Shown here in pieces: positions 29,311 through 38,689 of a stretch of 64,000 nucleotides of DNA (its first letter is position 1; each line of letters begins with the position of its first letter). A program made the position numbers and the translations under genes. Source of the stretch: a virus; the IMG/VR virus record IMGVR_UViG_3300043172_000501, positions 1 through 64,000 of that record. One strand, given 5' to 3'. Under the pieces are notes generated by a model that had not been told where the DNA came from, searched no databases, and worked only from the letters and a program-made list of their open reading frames with translations.

Positions 29311-29986
29311 CTATAAATTAACAGAGATGTTTTATTCTTTGCAAGGTGAAGGTCATAACATCGGACATGCTGCACTCTTTATTCGTTTTTCTGGCTGTAC
29401 ACTAAACTGTACGTTCTGTGATACTGATTTTACACAAAAGTTTGAACTATCATTAGAAGAAATAAAAGCTGAAATAAAAGCGATGCAATTGCCGAATGAA
29501 ACTTTGGTTATTCTGACAGGTGGCGAACCCCTATTACAAGTAGACATGCCATTAGTTAGAATGATTGAAAATTTAGGTTTACTACCATGTATAGAAACAA
29601 GCGGAGATGAAAAGGCCGTGGCTAAAGCGACATCAAAAGGTATCGAAGTAGAAACAGTATTACACACTTTACATGATGTAACTATTTCACCAAAAAATTC
29701 CTATGTTAGTAATTTCGTATTAGCACTATCATCTGCTATTAAAATACTGGTCCCGTTTCCCGGTGATATTACTGAAGATGACGTCCGGCACTATGCTGAA
29801 GAACTTGGAGAAGACAGAAACGGTTCATTTCCCGAGTTTATTCTTCAACCTATCACCACAAAAGATCTAAAAATTGACCCAAGAGCAAGTGCACTTGCAA
29901 TGAGATTTCAGCACAAATGGGTTAGTCAAACCAATAAAGACTGGCGTGTAATTCCACAGTGCCACGTCCCAATGCAACTGAGGTAA
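29303..29986 (+). CDS. queE: 7-carboxy-7-deazaguanine synthase (radical SAM)
   Basis: [42 protein letters not shown]. Confidence 0.95.
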   Translation: MSNYKLTEMFYSLQGEGHNIGHAALFIRFSGCTLNCTFCDTDFTQKFELSLEEIKAEIKAMQLPNETLVILTGGEPLLQVDMPLVRMIENLGLLPCIETSGDEKAVAKATSKGIEVETVLHTLHDVTISPKNSYVSNFVLALSSAIKILVPFPGDITEDDVRHYAEELGEDRNGSFPEFILQPITTKDLKIDPRASALAMRFQHKWVSQTNKDWRVIPQCHVPMQLR

Positions 29987-29988
29987 TT

Positions 29989-30561
29989 ATGTCTATCGAT
30001 GAGAAAACAGCACTGCAGTCCGTCAAAAATATATTAGAATATTTAGGAGAGAATGTTGACCGTGAAGGCCTAGTCGATACTCCCCAAAGAGTCCTACGCT
30101 CCTGGGAAAAACTTTATGGCGGATACAAAATAAAACCAGAAGATGTTGCCAAAGCAACTTTTAAAGGTGACGGCTATGATCAAATGATAGTACTAAAACA
30201 TATCGAGTTCTACAGTACTTGCGAACACCACATGATACCGTTCACTGGAAAGATTTCGATAGGATATCTTCCTAATAAAGCTGGAAAAGTCTTAGGGATA
30301 TCCAAACTTGCGAGAATAGTAGAAATCTACGCTCGTAGATTACAAATACAAGAACGGATGACAGAACAAATAGCAGGAGCTGTTGAAAAACTAATAAAAG
30401 CAAATGGCGTGGGCGTTATTGTTGAAGCACAACACATGTGCATGACAGCCAGGGGAGTTGAAAAACAAAACTCAGTAATGGTCACTTCCTCAATGCGTGG
30501 GTCTTTTCGTGAGTCACAGACTAAAGCAGAGTTCTTATCAATTATCAAGGAGCGAGATTAA
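29989..30561 (+). CDS. folE: GTP cyclohydrolase I
   Basis: [47 protein letters not shown]. Confidence 0.97.
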   Translation: MSIDEKTALQSVKNILEYLGENVDREGLVDTPQRVLRSWEKLYGGYKIKPEDVAKATFKGDGYDQMIVLKHIEFYSTCEHHMIPFTGKISIGYLPNKAGKVLGISKLARIVEIYARRLQIQERMTEQIAGAVEKLIKANGVGVIVEAQHMCMTARGVEKQNSVMVTSSMRGSFRESQTKAEFLSIIKERD

Positions 30562-30953
30562 TGTTTAATTTAGAAGTTATAGCAACATGTCGAGTTCAAG
30601 GAATACACTGCTGGGCATCACAACCCGGGGACGCACCTCGCAATTATCTTTCTTATCCGCATCGTCATGAGTTTCACATTGAAGTCAGAGTAAAAGTATC
30701 ACATGAAGATCGTGATATTGAAATACTACAACTAAAACAAGATGTAATCTCATCAATAGCAGAAGACTATCCAGTCGCAAATGAGAAAGCAGTTCCAATA
30801 CCAGCTCACATGGCAAGAGTAACTGACTTTAAAGACTCAAGCTGTGAAATGATTGCCAGTAAACTAATAGAGACGCTAGGCACTTTTCATTATGATGTTA
30901 AATCGGTAAAAGTTTTAGAAGACGGAGAGAATGGGGCAGTGCTATCAGTATGA
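30561..30953 (+). CDS. dpdL: atypical QueD-like T-fold protein, DpdL-like CDG decarboxylase
   Basis: LxxxHRHxF (LSYPHRHEF) in place of the QueD CxxxHGH motif; DRDIE, SCEMIA, EDGENGA; sits in a queC-less cluster. Confidence 0.7.
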   Translation: MFNLEVIATCRVQGIHCWASQPGDAPRNYLSYPHRHEFHIEVRVKVSHEDRDIEILQLKQDVISSIAEDYPVANEKAVPIPAHMARVTDFKDSSCEMIASKLIETLGTFHYDVKSVKVLEDGENGAVLSV

Positions 30954-31825
30954 AAATACCTCAAATCTACCAAGTAGAAGTCACCAACGCCTGTAACGCA
31001 AAATGCGAAAGATGCCCAAGAATACGAGCTGTAAAGAATCGTGGAGGCATCCAAAATCTAAACATAGAAAATTTAAAAGATTGGATTGTAGACGGAGTCT
31101 TTGATAATACATCTTTTGTCGAATTACAGATGTCAGGAGAACCATTACTCTATAAAAACATCGGAGAAGTAATAAGACTACTAAAAAACAAAGCTGGAGT
31201 TAAAGTTGGATTCTCTACAAACGGACAATTCTTAAAAGAAAAAGCTATTGATTTGATAGGACTATCATGGCTAACAGTCAGCGTTGATGCTACCACGTCA
31301 GAAGAACAAGCAAGATTGCGCCCAGGAACAAACCTCGCAAAAATAGTAGAAGGTATCCAAGAAGTTGTCAGACTTAAAAAAATGGGATACGGCCCAGAGC
31401 ATCTAAATATTTTTACAGTGGCAGGTACAGATGAAACCCACCAACAAGTAAAAAACCGTGAAATAAAAATACGCCGAATGTTCCAGCACGGAATTGATTC
31501 TATAACCAGCATCAAAGATACATATGATAATGACAAAGCCAAGAAAGGCTGTGATGACATGTGTACAACTCCTTGGGAATCAGTTTCTATTCAAGCCGAC
31601 GGAACAGTTGTGAGCTGCTGTTACGTTTGGGATAGAAATGAGCCTAATGTTTATGGGAATTTAAATGATAATTCACTTAAAAAGATTTGGGCCAATGAAA
31701 AGGTCAAAACCTTAAGAGAGTCAATAAGGGATAAAAAATATATTGGTAGATGTCAGTGTTGCTACACAAGATCACCTCACCAACTACATGTAGAGATGTT
31801 ATCAAAATTACAAAAGGGGAAGTAA
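30950..31825 (+). CDS. radical SAM enzyme with SPASM/twitch domain
   Basis: CNAKCERC, SGEPLL, STNG, CTTPW..ADGTVVSCC, GNL, CQCC. Confidence 0.9.
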   Translation: MKIPQIYQVEVTNACNAKCERCPRIRAVKNRGGIQNLNIENLKDWIVDGVFDNTSFVELQMSGEPLLYKNIGEVIRLLKNKAGVKVGFSTNGQFLKEKAIDLIGLSWLTVSVDATTSEEQARLRPGTNLAKIVEGIQEVVRLKKMGYGPEHLNIFTVAGTDETHQQVKNREIKIRRMFQHGIDSITSIKDTYDNDKAKKGCDDMCTTPWESVSIQADGTVVSCCYVWDRNEPNVYGNLNDNSLKKIWANEKVKTLRESIRDKKYIGRCQCCYTRSPHQLHVEMLSKLQKGK

Positions 31826-32416
31826 ATGAAAATTATCAGTTTTACCGGAAACGGTTCGACAGGCAAAACGACCTGTATGACAAGGGCAATATCACATCTA
31901 AAAGAAAATAAAATTAGAGTTGGATACGTCTTTGATATAGTACGTGGAACACTGATGGATAAATCTTTACTAGATAGTCCAACAGGACGACTCTACGCTT
32001 TATGGAGACATCTAGAGCAAGAATATAATCACAGGCTCAGAAGTGACGTCGACGTGCTTTTACTAGATAGAAGTGCAGTCGATTGGTATTGTTATTATCA
32101 GATGGAGTTAGCATCAATTAACAAGTACTACCGAGAGTTTCCAAATCCGATAAGGCAAATGACATTAGACATTGCAGATTCGTATCATTCATTCATATGG
32201 TTCAACACTGAAGGATTTGATTACGTGAGAGATGGCTTTCGACCCAACAGTAAAAAACTTAGAAATACAGTTGATGATCATTACAAACATATACATCAGA
32301 CATTATTACAGAGAGGTAAAACGCCTATTCATAGCATCCAAGGTGATTCTGTGAAAGATAGGATAGAGCAAACTTTACAGTACATGGACAATGTAATTGA
32401 AGAGATAAGAAAATGA
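31826..32416 (+). CDS. P-loop nucleotide kinase-like protein (AAA_28/NadR/dNMP-kinase-like)
   Basis: FTGNGSTGKTT, LLDRSAVD, DGFR. Confidence 0.8.
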   Translation: MKIISFTGNGSTGKTTCMTRAISHLKENKIRVGYVFDIVRGTLMDKSLLDSPTGRLYALWRHLEQEYNHRLRSDVDVLLLDRSAVDWYCYYQMELASINKYYREFPNPIRQMTLDIADSYHSFIWFNTEGFDYVRDGFRPNSKKLRNTVDDHYKHIHQTLLQRGKTPIHSIQGDSVKDRIEQTLQYMDNVIEEIRK

Positions 32417-33477
32417 TTCATCTATTTCCTATTGAGCCGATAGAAGAACGTTATAGTCAAGACTGGTACAGATGGTTCCCTCGCAAGCTTGAAGAACACG
32501 GACTATCTGTTACGATATACGACGGAGACAGAATAAAAGATTTTTCAAATACAGAAGCATTAAAGACAGGAGAGTTTTTAGACGCCTTTGATACTCATCA
32601 CTACAAGGCTACACAACTCTCAATATTCATGCGACAACTCCAAGCCGGAAGGATAAAAGACAATGATACAGTTTTAATGTTAGATGGCTGGAATCCATCA
32701 GTCACAGCACTTGCCTACGCTAGGGCTGTAAGTGGAATAAACTTTAAAATAGTTTTAGCTCTACATGCAGGAACATGGGACATTCACGATCATCTATCAA
32801 GATGTGGAATGAGAAACTGGGCACAATATAATGAACTAGGTTGGCTACTCGCTTGTGACTCAGTAATAGTTGCCACAGAATTTCATCGTGATTTAATAAT
32901 GGATACAGTTGAACTCGTAGCAAGAACCTGGAGCCAGCAAAAAACAGTAAGAAATAAGATCCATGTGACAGGATTCCCATTAGAATTGGGAGAATTAAAC
33001 GGCTATCAAGTCCCATGGGATAAAAAAAAGAATCAGGTTGTTTTTCCGCATAGAATAGCACCAGAAAAAGCACCAGAAATATTTGAAGAAGTAAAAGCAA
33101 TATATGAAAAGATGTATCCAGAGGACAAACTTAAATGGGTAAGAACTCAAGATGTATTAAAATCACTGACAGGACCAGTTAAACCACAGTTCTATAAAAC
33201 ATTAGCCGAGAGCAAAGTTGCGTTCTCTTCTGCTTTACAAGAAACATGGGGGATTGCCCAACTAGAAGCATGGTATCTCACGGCATCTCCAGTGGTACCT
33301 GATAGACTATCCTATAGAGAACTGTACCCAGCTGATACTAAATATGATGACTTAGAAACAGCAGCTAATATGATACATGAAATAACATACGGAAAAAGTC
33401 CTATCCCATTTGAACCAACCACAGACCCACGAAACGTATGGCCTGATATAATTAAAATATTAAAAGGTGATGCATGA
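32413..33477 (+). CDS. GT-B (GT4-like) glycosyltransferase
   Basis: VFPHRIAPEK, QETWGIAQLEA (Ex7E), PDRLSYRELY. Confidence 0.85.
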   Translation: MIHLFPIEPIEERYSQDWYRWFPRKLEEHGLSVTIYDGDRIKDFSNTEALKTGEFLDAFDTHHYKATQLSIFMRQLQAGRIKDNDTVLMLDGWNPSVTALAYARAVSGINFKIVLALHAGTWDIHDHLSRCGMRNWAQYNELGWLLACDSVIVATEFHRDLIMDTVELVARTWSQQKTVRNKIHVTGFPLELGELNGYQVPWDKKKNQVVFPHRIAPEKAPEIFEEVKAIYEKMYPEDKLKWVRTQDVLKSLTGPVKPQFYKTLAESKVAFSSALQETWGIAQLEAWYLTASPVVPDRLSYRELYPADTKYDDLETAANMIHEITYGKSPIPFEPTTDPRNVWPDIIKILKGDA

Positions 33478-34487
33478 AAATTTATTTTGCTGGAGTAGAA
33501 GACCTTGACGACAAGACGAGAGCAGTCAACGATGCTAAAGCAAAAAATGTTTTCGTATCGTATTACAACTTGACAGAATCATCAAACGCTGCTGCGCAAA
33601 AACAACTTTTATATGTCCATAAAAAATTAGGCATCAGGTCAATCATTGATTGTGGAGCGTTTACGTTTATGCACCTACATAAGAAAGTACAATCAGGCTC
33701 CGCCATCGCTGGAGATTCTTCTGAGGCTAAAAAGATTGCTGGGCAAGGAAGTAAAGTACTACAACTAGAAGCATATCTAAGAAACTACATTTCATGGCTT
33801 GAAAAAAACTGGTCACTGATTACATATTTTATTGAGTTAGATATGCAAAGAATGATCGGGATAGAGCAAGTAAGAGAATGGCGAAAAATATTCCAGAAAC
33901 GTGGATTAGGAAGAAAAATGTGGTTAGTGCACCACAGTGGAGACTCCTGGGAAGATTTCGTTCGTATAATTGATGAAAGCAAAGTTGAAAATGGCGGGTC
34001 AGGCATGTGCGCGATTGAAGGAAAGAATATGAGCAAACCAGAAGGTTTCGATTATTATCGATTTGCCAAATACGCTTATGACAACAGAGTAGCAATTCAC
34101 GCCTTCGCATCGACTAGAGCAGACTTCCTTTCGCAAATACCTGTTACGTCGTCAGACTCCACATCTTGGTTACAAGGAACACAATATGGAACAACGGTTG
34201 TGTTCGACCCTATACGTGGCGGAGTTATCAGCGGTTCGTATAATACAGCTAAGTCAGTTAGAGGGAAAAATAAGATTTCTATAATTTCAAACGCCTGGAC
34301 AAAGTTGATGGCACTTGATGTAACAAATGATGAGAGACTGACCGCAGTTGAAGGCAATTTAGTTGAAGCAATAAAAGCGTTCGTCAAGATGGAAGATCAT
34401 CTAACACAAATGTGGGAAGAAAAAGGTTTTTTCTGGCATGAAGTAGAACGTCAGAACGCAGAAAAGATAAGGAAGCTGTATGGCTAA
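33474..34487 (+). CDS. dpdA: DpdA-like TGT-fold DNA deazaguanine transglycosylase
   Basis: KIYFAG, VSYY, IIDCGAFT, IELD, LVHH, IHAFA, SSDSTSW; embedded in the folE/queD/queE cluster. Confidence 0.8.
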   Translation: MKIYFAGVEDLDDKTRAVNDAKAKNVFVSYYNLTESSNAAAQKQLLYVHKKLGIRSIIDCGAFTFMHLHKKVQSGSAIAGDSSEAKKIAGQGSKVLQLEAYLRNYISWLEKNWSLITYFIELDMQRMIGIEQVREWRKIFQKRGLGRKMWLVHHSGDSWEDFVRIIDESKVENGGSGMCAIEGKNMSKPEGFDYYRFAKYAYDNRVAIHAFASTRADFLSQIPVTSSDSTSWLQGTQYGTTVVFDPIRGGVISGSYNTAKSVRGKNKISIISNAWTKLMALDVTNDERLTAVEGNLVEAIKAFVKMEDHLTQMWEEKGFFWHEVERQNAEKIRKLYG

Positions 34488-35301
34488 AACACAAAAAAGA
34501 AAACAAGTTAGAAAGACGAAAAAAGTCGGTACTAAAGCTAAAAGAACTAAAGGCTTCGGCATGAAGCACAGAGGCGACCGCATCACTATTAAAACAGATG
34601 AACTTTCTGAAAATCCTTGGAACCCTAATGAACAAGATGATGATATGAAAAAGAGAACTGGAGCATCACTTCATAAGTTCGGCATCGTATCTGAAGTTCT
34701 AGTGCGAGAGATAGGCCCCGACAATAAAGAGAAAGAAGGACTAGCCGAAGAAAAAGGCTACCAAGTTATTGATGGTGAACACAGATGGAGAGAATGTGTA
34801 AAGTCTAAGATCCCCAGGATAGAAGTTAGAAACTTAGGAGTTATTTCTGACTACGAAGCCATGAAGATGACACCAACAATGAATGACTTAAGTGGAGATC
34901 CAGAGCCGATAGCTTTAGCCGAGTTGATGGCTGAACTAGATAAAGATGGCAAACGAGAAGACATGGAAGATGTTTTCCCTTACTCCGCAAAAGAAATCGA
35001 CGGAATGATCAAGTTGACTGACATCGACAAGTACTTCTTGAGCCCTTCCAGTAAACGTCTAAATGAAAAGACCAGATCACAAGACGGCGTCCCATTCAAA
35101 GCAGGAAACAGAAAAGCCAAATTACCAATTCCATTAGGCAGTCAATTTATTAAATTGTATGAAAACATTGCCGGTGAAGTTATGACCATGGACCCCGTGG
35201 CAGTAATAGATAGAATGGCACAACTATTATTAGGCGCCATGAAACAGGCGACAGCTGATGAAGCCCTTGAGTTGATTGAGGAGAATGAAGATGGCAACTA
35301 A
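34480..35301 (+). CDS. ParB/Srx N-terminal domain protein (copy 1)
   Basis: NPWNPN, YQVIDGEHRW, MNDLSGDP. Confidence 0.88.
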   Translation: MAKTQKRKQVRKTKKVGTKAKRTKGFGMKHRGDRITIKTDELSENPWNPNEQDDDMKKRTGASLHKFGIVSEVLVREIGPDNKEKEGLAEEKGYQVIDGEHRWRECVKSKIPRIEVRNLGVISDYEAMKMTPTMNDLSGDPEPIALAELMAELDKDGKREDMEDVFPYSAKEIDGMIKLTDIDKYFLSPSSKRLNEKTRSQDGVPFKAGNRKAKLPIPLGSQFIKLYENIAGEVMTMDPVAVIDRMAQLLLGAMKQATADEALELIEENEDGN

Positions 35302-36022
35302 ATTAAAAGAAGGATGGTTCGGAGCTAAATCGAGAGGCAAAAGAACATCCGCACCAATTCATGAGCTGAAGCCAAATCCTTGGAACCCTAATAAACAATC
35401 AGCTATGGTGGCATCACGTATGGGCGTGTCCATGAGTAAATTCGGAATAATCAAAGAACTTTTAGTACGACAGATCGGACCCAATAATAAAGAAGGTTTC
35501 GGGAAAGCAAAGATAGCTGCTTACCAAATTGTTGACGGTGAACATAGATGGAAAGAAATCCAGAGCGCAGGACTATCAACAGTCGAAATAAGGGATTTAG
35601 GCATTATGGCAGATTACGAAGCTAAAGAATTAACAGTAGTAATGAATGAGCTTAGTGGAGATCCTAATCCGATAAAACTGTCCTCGCTAATATCTGAACT
35701 AGAAAAAGCAGGACTACGTGAAGACTTTGAAGAGATTGCCCCTTATACCACTGAAGAAGTCGACACCTTACTAAAAATTCAAGATATAGAAGATTCTGAA
35801 CTTTTCGGAGGAGAAGATAAAAAATCAAAAAAAGATAATAAAAAAGATGAAGCTTATACTTTTCAAATCGGACCACACAGGGGAATACTTCCACAAGATG
35901 TTGCCGAGAAATTTGAAACAGTAATGACAAAAGTTGCTGAAAAGCTTGCCACTACTGACACTGTGGTGATTGTATCAGCAATTAGTAAGATACTTGAGAC
36001 TATGCAATCCGTTAAAAGATAA
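35291..36022 (+). CDS. ParB/Srx N-terminal domain protein (copy 2, paralogue)
   Basis: NPWNPN, YQIVDGEHRW, MNELSGDP; GAGGAG RBS before ATG 35291. Confidence 0.88.
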   Translation: MATKLKEGWFGAKSRGKRTSAPIHELKPNPWNPNKQSAMVASRMGVSMSKFGIIKELLVRQIGPNNKEGFGKAKIAAYQIVDGEHRWKEIQSAGLSTVEIRDLGIMADYEAKELTVVMNELSGDPNPIKLSSLISELEKAGLREDFEEIAPYTTEEVDTLLKIQDIEDSELFGGEDKKSKKDNKKDEAYTFQIGPHRGILPQDVAEKFETVMTKVAEKLATTDTVVIVSAISKILETMQSVKR

Positions 36023-36046
36023 CAAAATACTATCTCTCTACTCACA

Positions 36047-36100
36047 CCTGTCCAGCATCTTATTTCTTGAAATGAACCATATATACCTTTATAATAAAGG
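36047..36100 (+). promoter_or_regulatory. sigma70-type promoter P2 with palindromic operator-like site
   Basis: CCTGTCCAG-11 nt-TTGAAA(36067)-17 nt-TATAAT(36090); perfect inverted repeat CCTTTAT-A-ATAAAGG. Confidence 0.8.
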
Positions 36101-36144
36101 GACAGATAAGACACACTATCACTAGGGCTTAGAGGTTTGAATCT

Positions 36145-36876
36145 ATGACAAAGAAACAGTATTTAATAAATGAAGAAACTTTCCAAGAGTGGGAAATAAA
36201 CACAAGAAAACTCCGCACACTAATTAGTTGCATGTTAGTTGCAATTCCACAATTAAGAATAAAATTCAAAGATGAAGTTAAAATCTGGAAGATAACGCCT
36301 AGAATAAACAGGAAATCACACACCACGTTTCGCAATACAATTTATTATTCTAGTAGACAACGTGCCATAGAAAATCAAGATTTATTCTTTAAGGTTTTAT
36401 GTCATGAGTTCATACATCTACTGCAAAGAAAAGCGTTTGGGGGTTTCTTCCATTTCATTCGCTACACAGATCCTCAAGTAACATCAATGATAGTACCAGC
36501 TATATTTGGAACAGCGATGATAGTAGGAGGAGACACAGTAACTGGGTTACTATTTTACGGCTTAACATTATTTCTTATAGCGCCATGGCAATCCCAGTCA
36601 AGAGCAGAGATGGAGTGCGAAGCTTATACTATGAATCTAGCTATTGAACAGTGGAAGTATGGAGAAATAAGACAAAAGAAGAAAGACGAAGTAATTAAGA
36701 GTCTAACGAGCCCACTGTATTACTTTATGATATGGAATAAATCCACTGCAGAAAAATTAGTAGATAAAATGGTAGAATCAGTTCAAGACTGTCAAAAAAA
36801 TAAACCTGATTGTTTTAAAATATCAAAAGCTTTTAATATCGTATTCAATATTATAGAAGAAGAAAAAAATAAGTGA
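36145..36876 (+). CDS. membrane-associated HEXXH zinc metallopeptidase-like protein
   Basis: LCHEFIHLLQ ... EMECEAY with two TM helices in between. Confidence 0.65.
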   Translation: MTKKQYLINEETFQEWEINTRKLRTLISCMLVAIPQLRIKFKDEVKIWKITPRINRKSHTTFRNTIYYSSRQRAIENQDLFFKVLCHEFIHLLQRKAFGGFFHFIRYTDPQVTSMIVPAIFGTAMIVGGDTVTGLLFYGLTLFLIAPWQSQSRAEMECEAYTMNLAIEQWKYGEIRQKKKDEVIKSLTSPLYYFMIWNKSTAEKLVDKMVESVQDCQKNKPDCFKISKAFNIVFNIIEEEKNK

Positions 36877-36933
36877 ACAGCCAATGAAGGCTGACAACTA
36901 TATCTAGCCCAGAACTAGAAGAAGGAGATGCTA

Positions 36934-37452
36934 ATGTCATCTGAAGCGAAAGTAATCTTAATAGGAAACTTAGGAAAAGATCCTGAAATGAAAACAACAC
37001 AAAATGGAACTGCAAAATGCAATTTCAGTGTGGCAACAAGTCGCAAATGGAAATCTAAAGACGGAACACCACAAGAAAAAACCCTATGGCACAGAGTTAT
37101 CGTCTGGGGAAAACAGGCAGAAAATTGTGCGAAATATTTATCCAAAGGTAGCAAGGTCTATATTGATGGTGAGATGGACCAACTGAACTGGGAAGACAAG
37201 AAAACAGGCGAACAAAAGTCGATGCAAGAAATAATCGGACATCGTGTCGTTTTTCTCTCAACAAAAAGAGAGAGCCAAGGGCAAAACCAGAACAACAACC
37301 AGCAGAATAACCAACAGAATAACCAACAGAACAACCAGAAGCATAGCAAGAATCTCCCGCAAAATAATTCTGGCAACCAAGGCACCTACCAAGGAAACGA
37401 CGACCGAGGAGGCGGACAAGACTTTGGTAACGATGATGATATTCCGTTTTAA
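36934..37452 (+). CDS. ssb: single-stranded DNA-binding protein
   Basis: VILIGNLGKDPE, WHRVIVWGKQAE, Q/N-rich linker, DDDIPF tail. Confidence 0.97.
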   Translation: MSSEAKVILIGNLGKDPEMKTTQNGTAKCNFSVATSRKWKSKDGTPQEKTLWHRVIVWGKQAENCAKYLSKGSKVYIDGEMDQLNWEDKKTGEQKSMQEIIGHRVVFLSTKRESQGQNQNNNQQNNQQNNQQNNQKHSKNLPQNNSGNQGTYQGNDDRGGGQDFGNDDDIPF

Positions 37453-37555
37453 CCAGTAAACCTTTATTGATAAAACTTTTTAGTGACATAGACAGCCCGA
37501 AGTGTTACAGTTCTAAGATTAAAACGCACAAACAATCTAGCTATTTAGAGGAAAC

Positions 37556-37780
37556 ATGACCAATAGAATAATCAAAGTTAAAAGTGACCCTGCTCGCTTC
37601 AGAAGGACTAAGGTTTTCGTACACGAAATCATAAGCATATCAAAAGATGTGTCTACTTGTGCTGACGTAATAAGAAAATTCCCTAAATTAACAACCAGTG
37701 ATCTACGAGCTGCCTATGCCTACTATTTCTTCAATAAAGAAGAAGTAGACCAAAATATAAAAAAAGAAAGTGTAAAATAA
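37556..37780 (+). CDS. DUF433-like HTH protein
   Basis: TKVFVHEII...FPKLTTSDLRAAYAYY. Confidence 0.7.
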   Translation: MTNRIIKVKSDPARFRRTKVFVHEIISISKDVSTCADVIRKFPKLTTSDLRAAYAYYFFNKEEVDQNIKKESVK

Positions 37781-37783
37781 GCT

Positions 37784-38449
37784 ATGGACAAAACGTTCAA
37801 GTTAACAAACCCACTGCCAGAAGCTCAAGGCAAAGCTGAAAATGATCACTGGCCCACGCCACCACTTCTTGCAAAACAAGCATTATCTTTTGCAATAAAT
37901 CTTTTACCAAATCCCAGTGTGCCTATTTCCATATTAGAACCAGGTGCTGGCGACCGGGCTCCATTTCTAACTGCCGCAACTGATAGTTCAAGTTTACTAT
38001 TCACAGCGAGAGGAATAGAATATCGAGACGTTGAAGTTCCTGAACATTTAAACGGTAAAACTATTTGGCATAAGAACTGTGATTATTTAAAGTGGAGTAT
38101 TGATAATCAAAAACGCCCAGATCTAATAATCACAAATCCGCCGTTTAGCCTGGCACAAGAGTTCATTGAGCATTCTATTGATATGGTTAAGCCAGATGGA
38201 ATAGTCGTAATGTTATTACAAACAGGATTCGAAGGCTCAGTTAAGAGGCGAGAGTTTTGGGGACAGAACAAACCCTTTAAAAGATTACTAGTAAGACCTC
38301 GCCCTTCATTTGGTGGCGGTTCTGATAGTAGAGAATACGGAATATATTTCTGGGCAGGAAGAACGCTTGACACTTTCCTACATCAAACTGGTAGAAACCA
38401 TTGTGATATGGATTTCATTGATAACGATGGACCATGGAGTAAATTATGA
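37784..38449 (+). CDS. orphan DNA amino-methyltransferase (likely N6-adenine)
   Basis: DHWPTP, ILEPGAGD (motif I), IITNPPF (motif IV), RPSF. Confidence 0.88.
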   Translation: MDKTFKLTNPLPEAQGKAENDHWPTPPLLAKQALSFAINLLPNPSVPISILEPGAGDRAPFLTAATDSSSLLFTARGIEYRDVEVPEHLNGKTIWHKNCDYLKWSIDNQKRPDLIITNPPFSLAQEFIEHSIDMVKPDGIVVMLLQTGFEGSVKRREFWGQNKPFKRLLVRPRPSFGGGSDSREYGIYFWAGRTLDTFLHQTGRNHCDMDFIDNDGPWSKL

Positions 38450-38667
38450 CAAACCCAATATGTGTAAAATGTAGAAGACATATGGATTGCATCGAGAATA
38501 GTGCAATCGTAAGATGGAGAAAAGTCTGGAGTAAAAGAGTTGATTTGTATAAATGTTCTGAGTGTAAAGCTCAAATTGCCATACTTCCTATAAAAGGGAC
38601 AGGATTTGAAGATAGGGCAACACCACCAGCATCAGCAAATAAAGTAGTAGAAATGATAGAAGGCTGA
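38446..38667 (+). CDS. small zinc-ribbon protein
   Basis: CVKC...CSEC. Confidence 0.55.
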   Translation: MTNPICVKCRRHMDCIENSAIVRWRKVWSKRVDLYKCSECKAQIAILPIKGTGFEDRATPPASANKVVEMIEG

Positions 38668-38689
38668 ACACGCACAGTCAGGAGAATAC

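Noticed and set aside
28822-30561. Queuosine tRNA-modification or folate auxiliary metabolic genes
   Set aside because: No QueC, QueF, QueA or canonical zinc-binding Tgt; coupling to DpdA-like and ParB genes indicates DNA modification.
34480-36022. Plasmid-prophage partition system
   Set aside because: No ParA or parS-like array nearby; the ParB-N genes are coupled to the modification operon.
37285-37340. 12-bp tandem repeat as a CRISPR or regulatory array
   Set aside because: It is in frame and encodes the QQNN low-complexity linker of SSB; there are no spacers.
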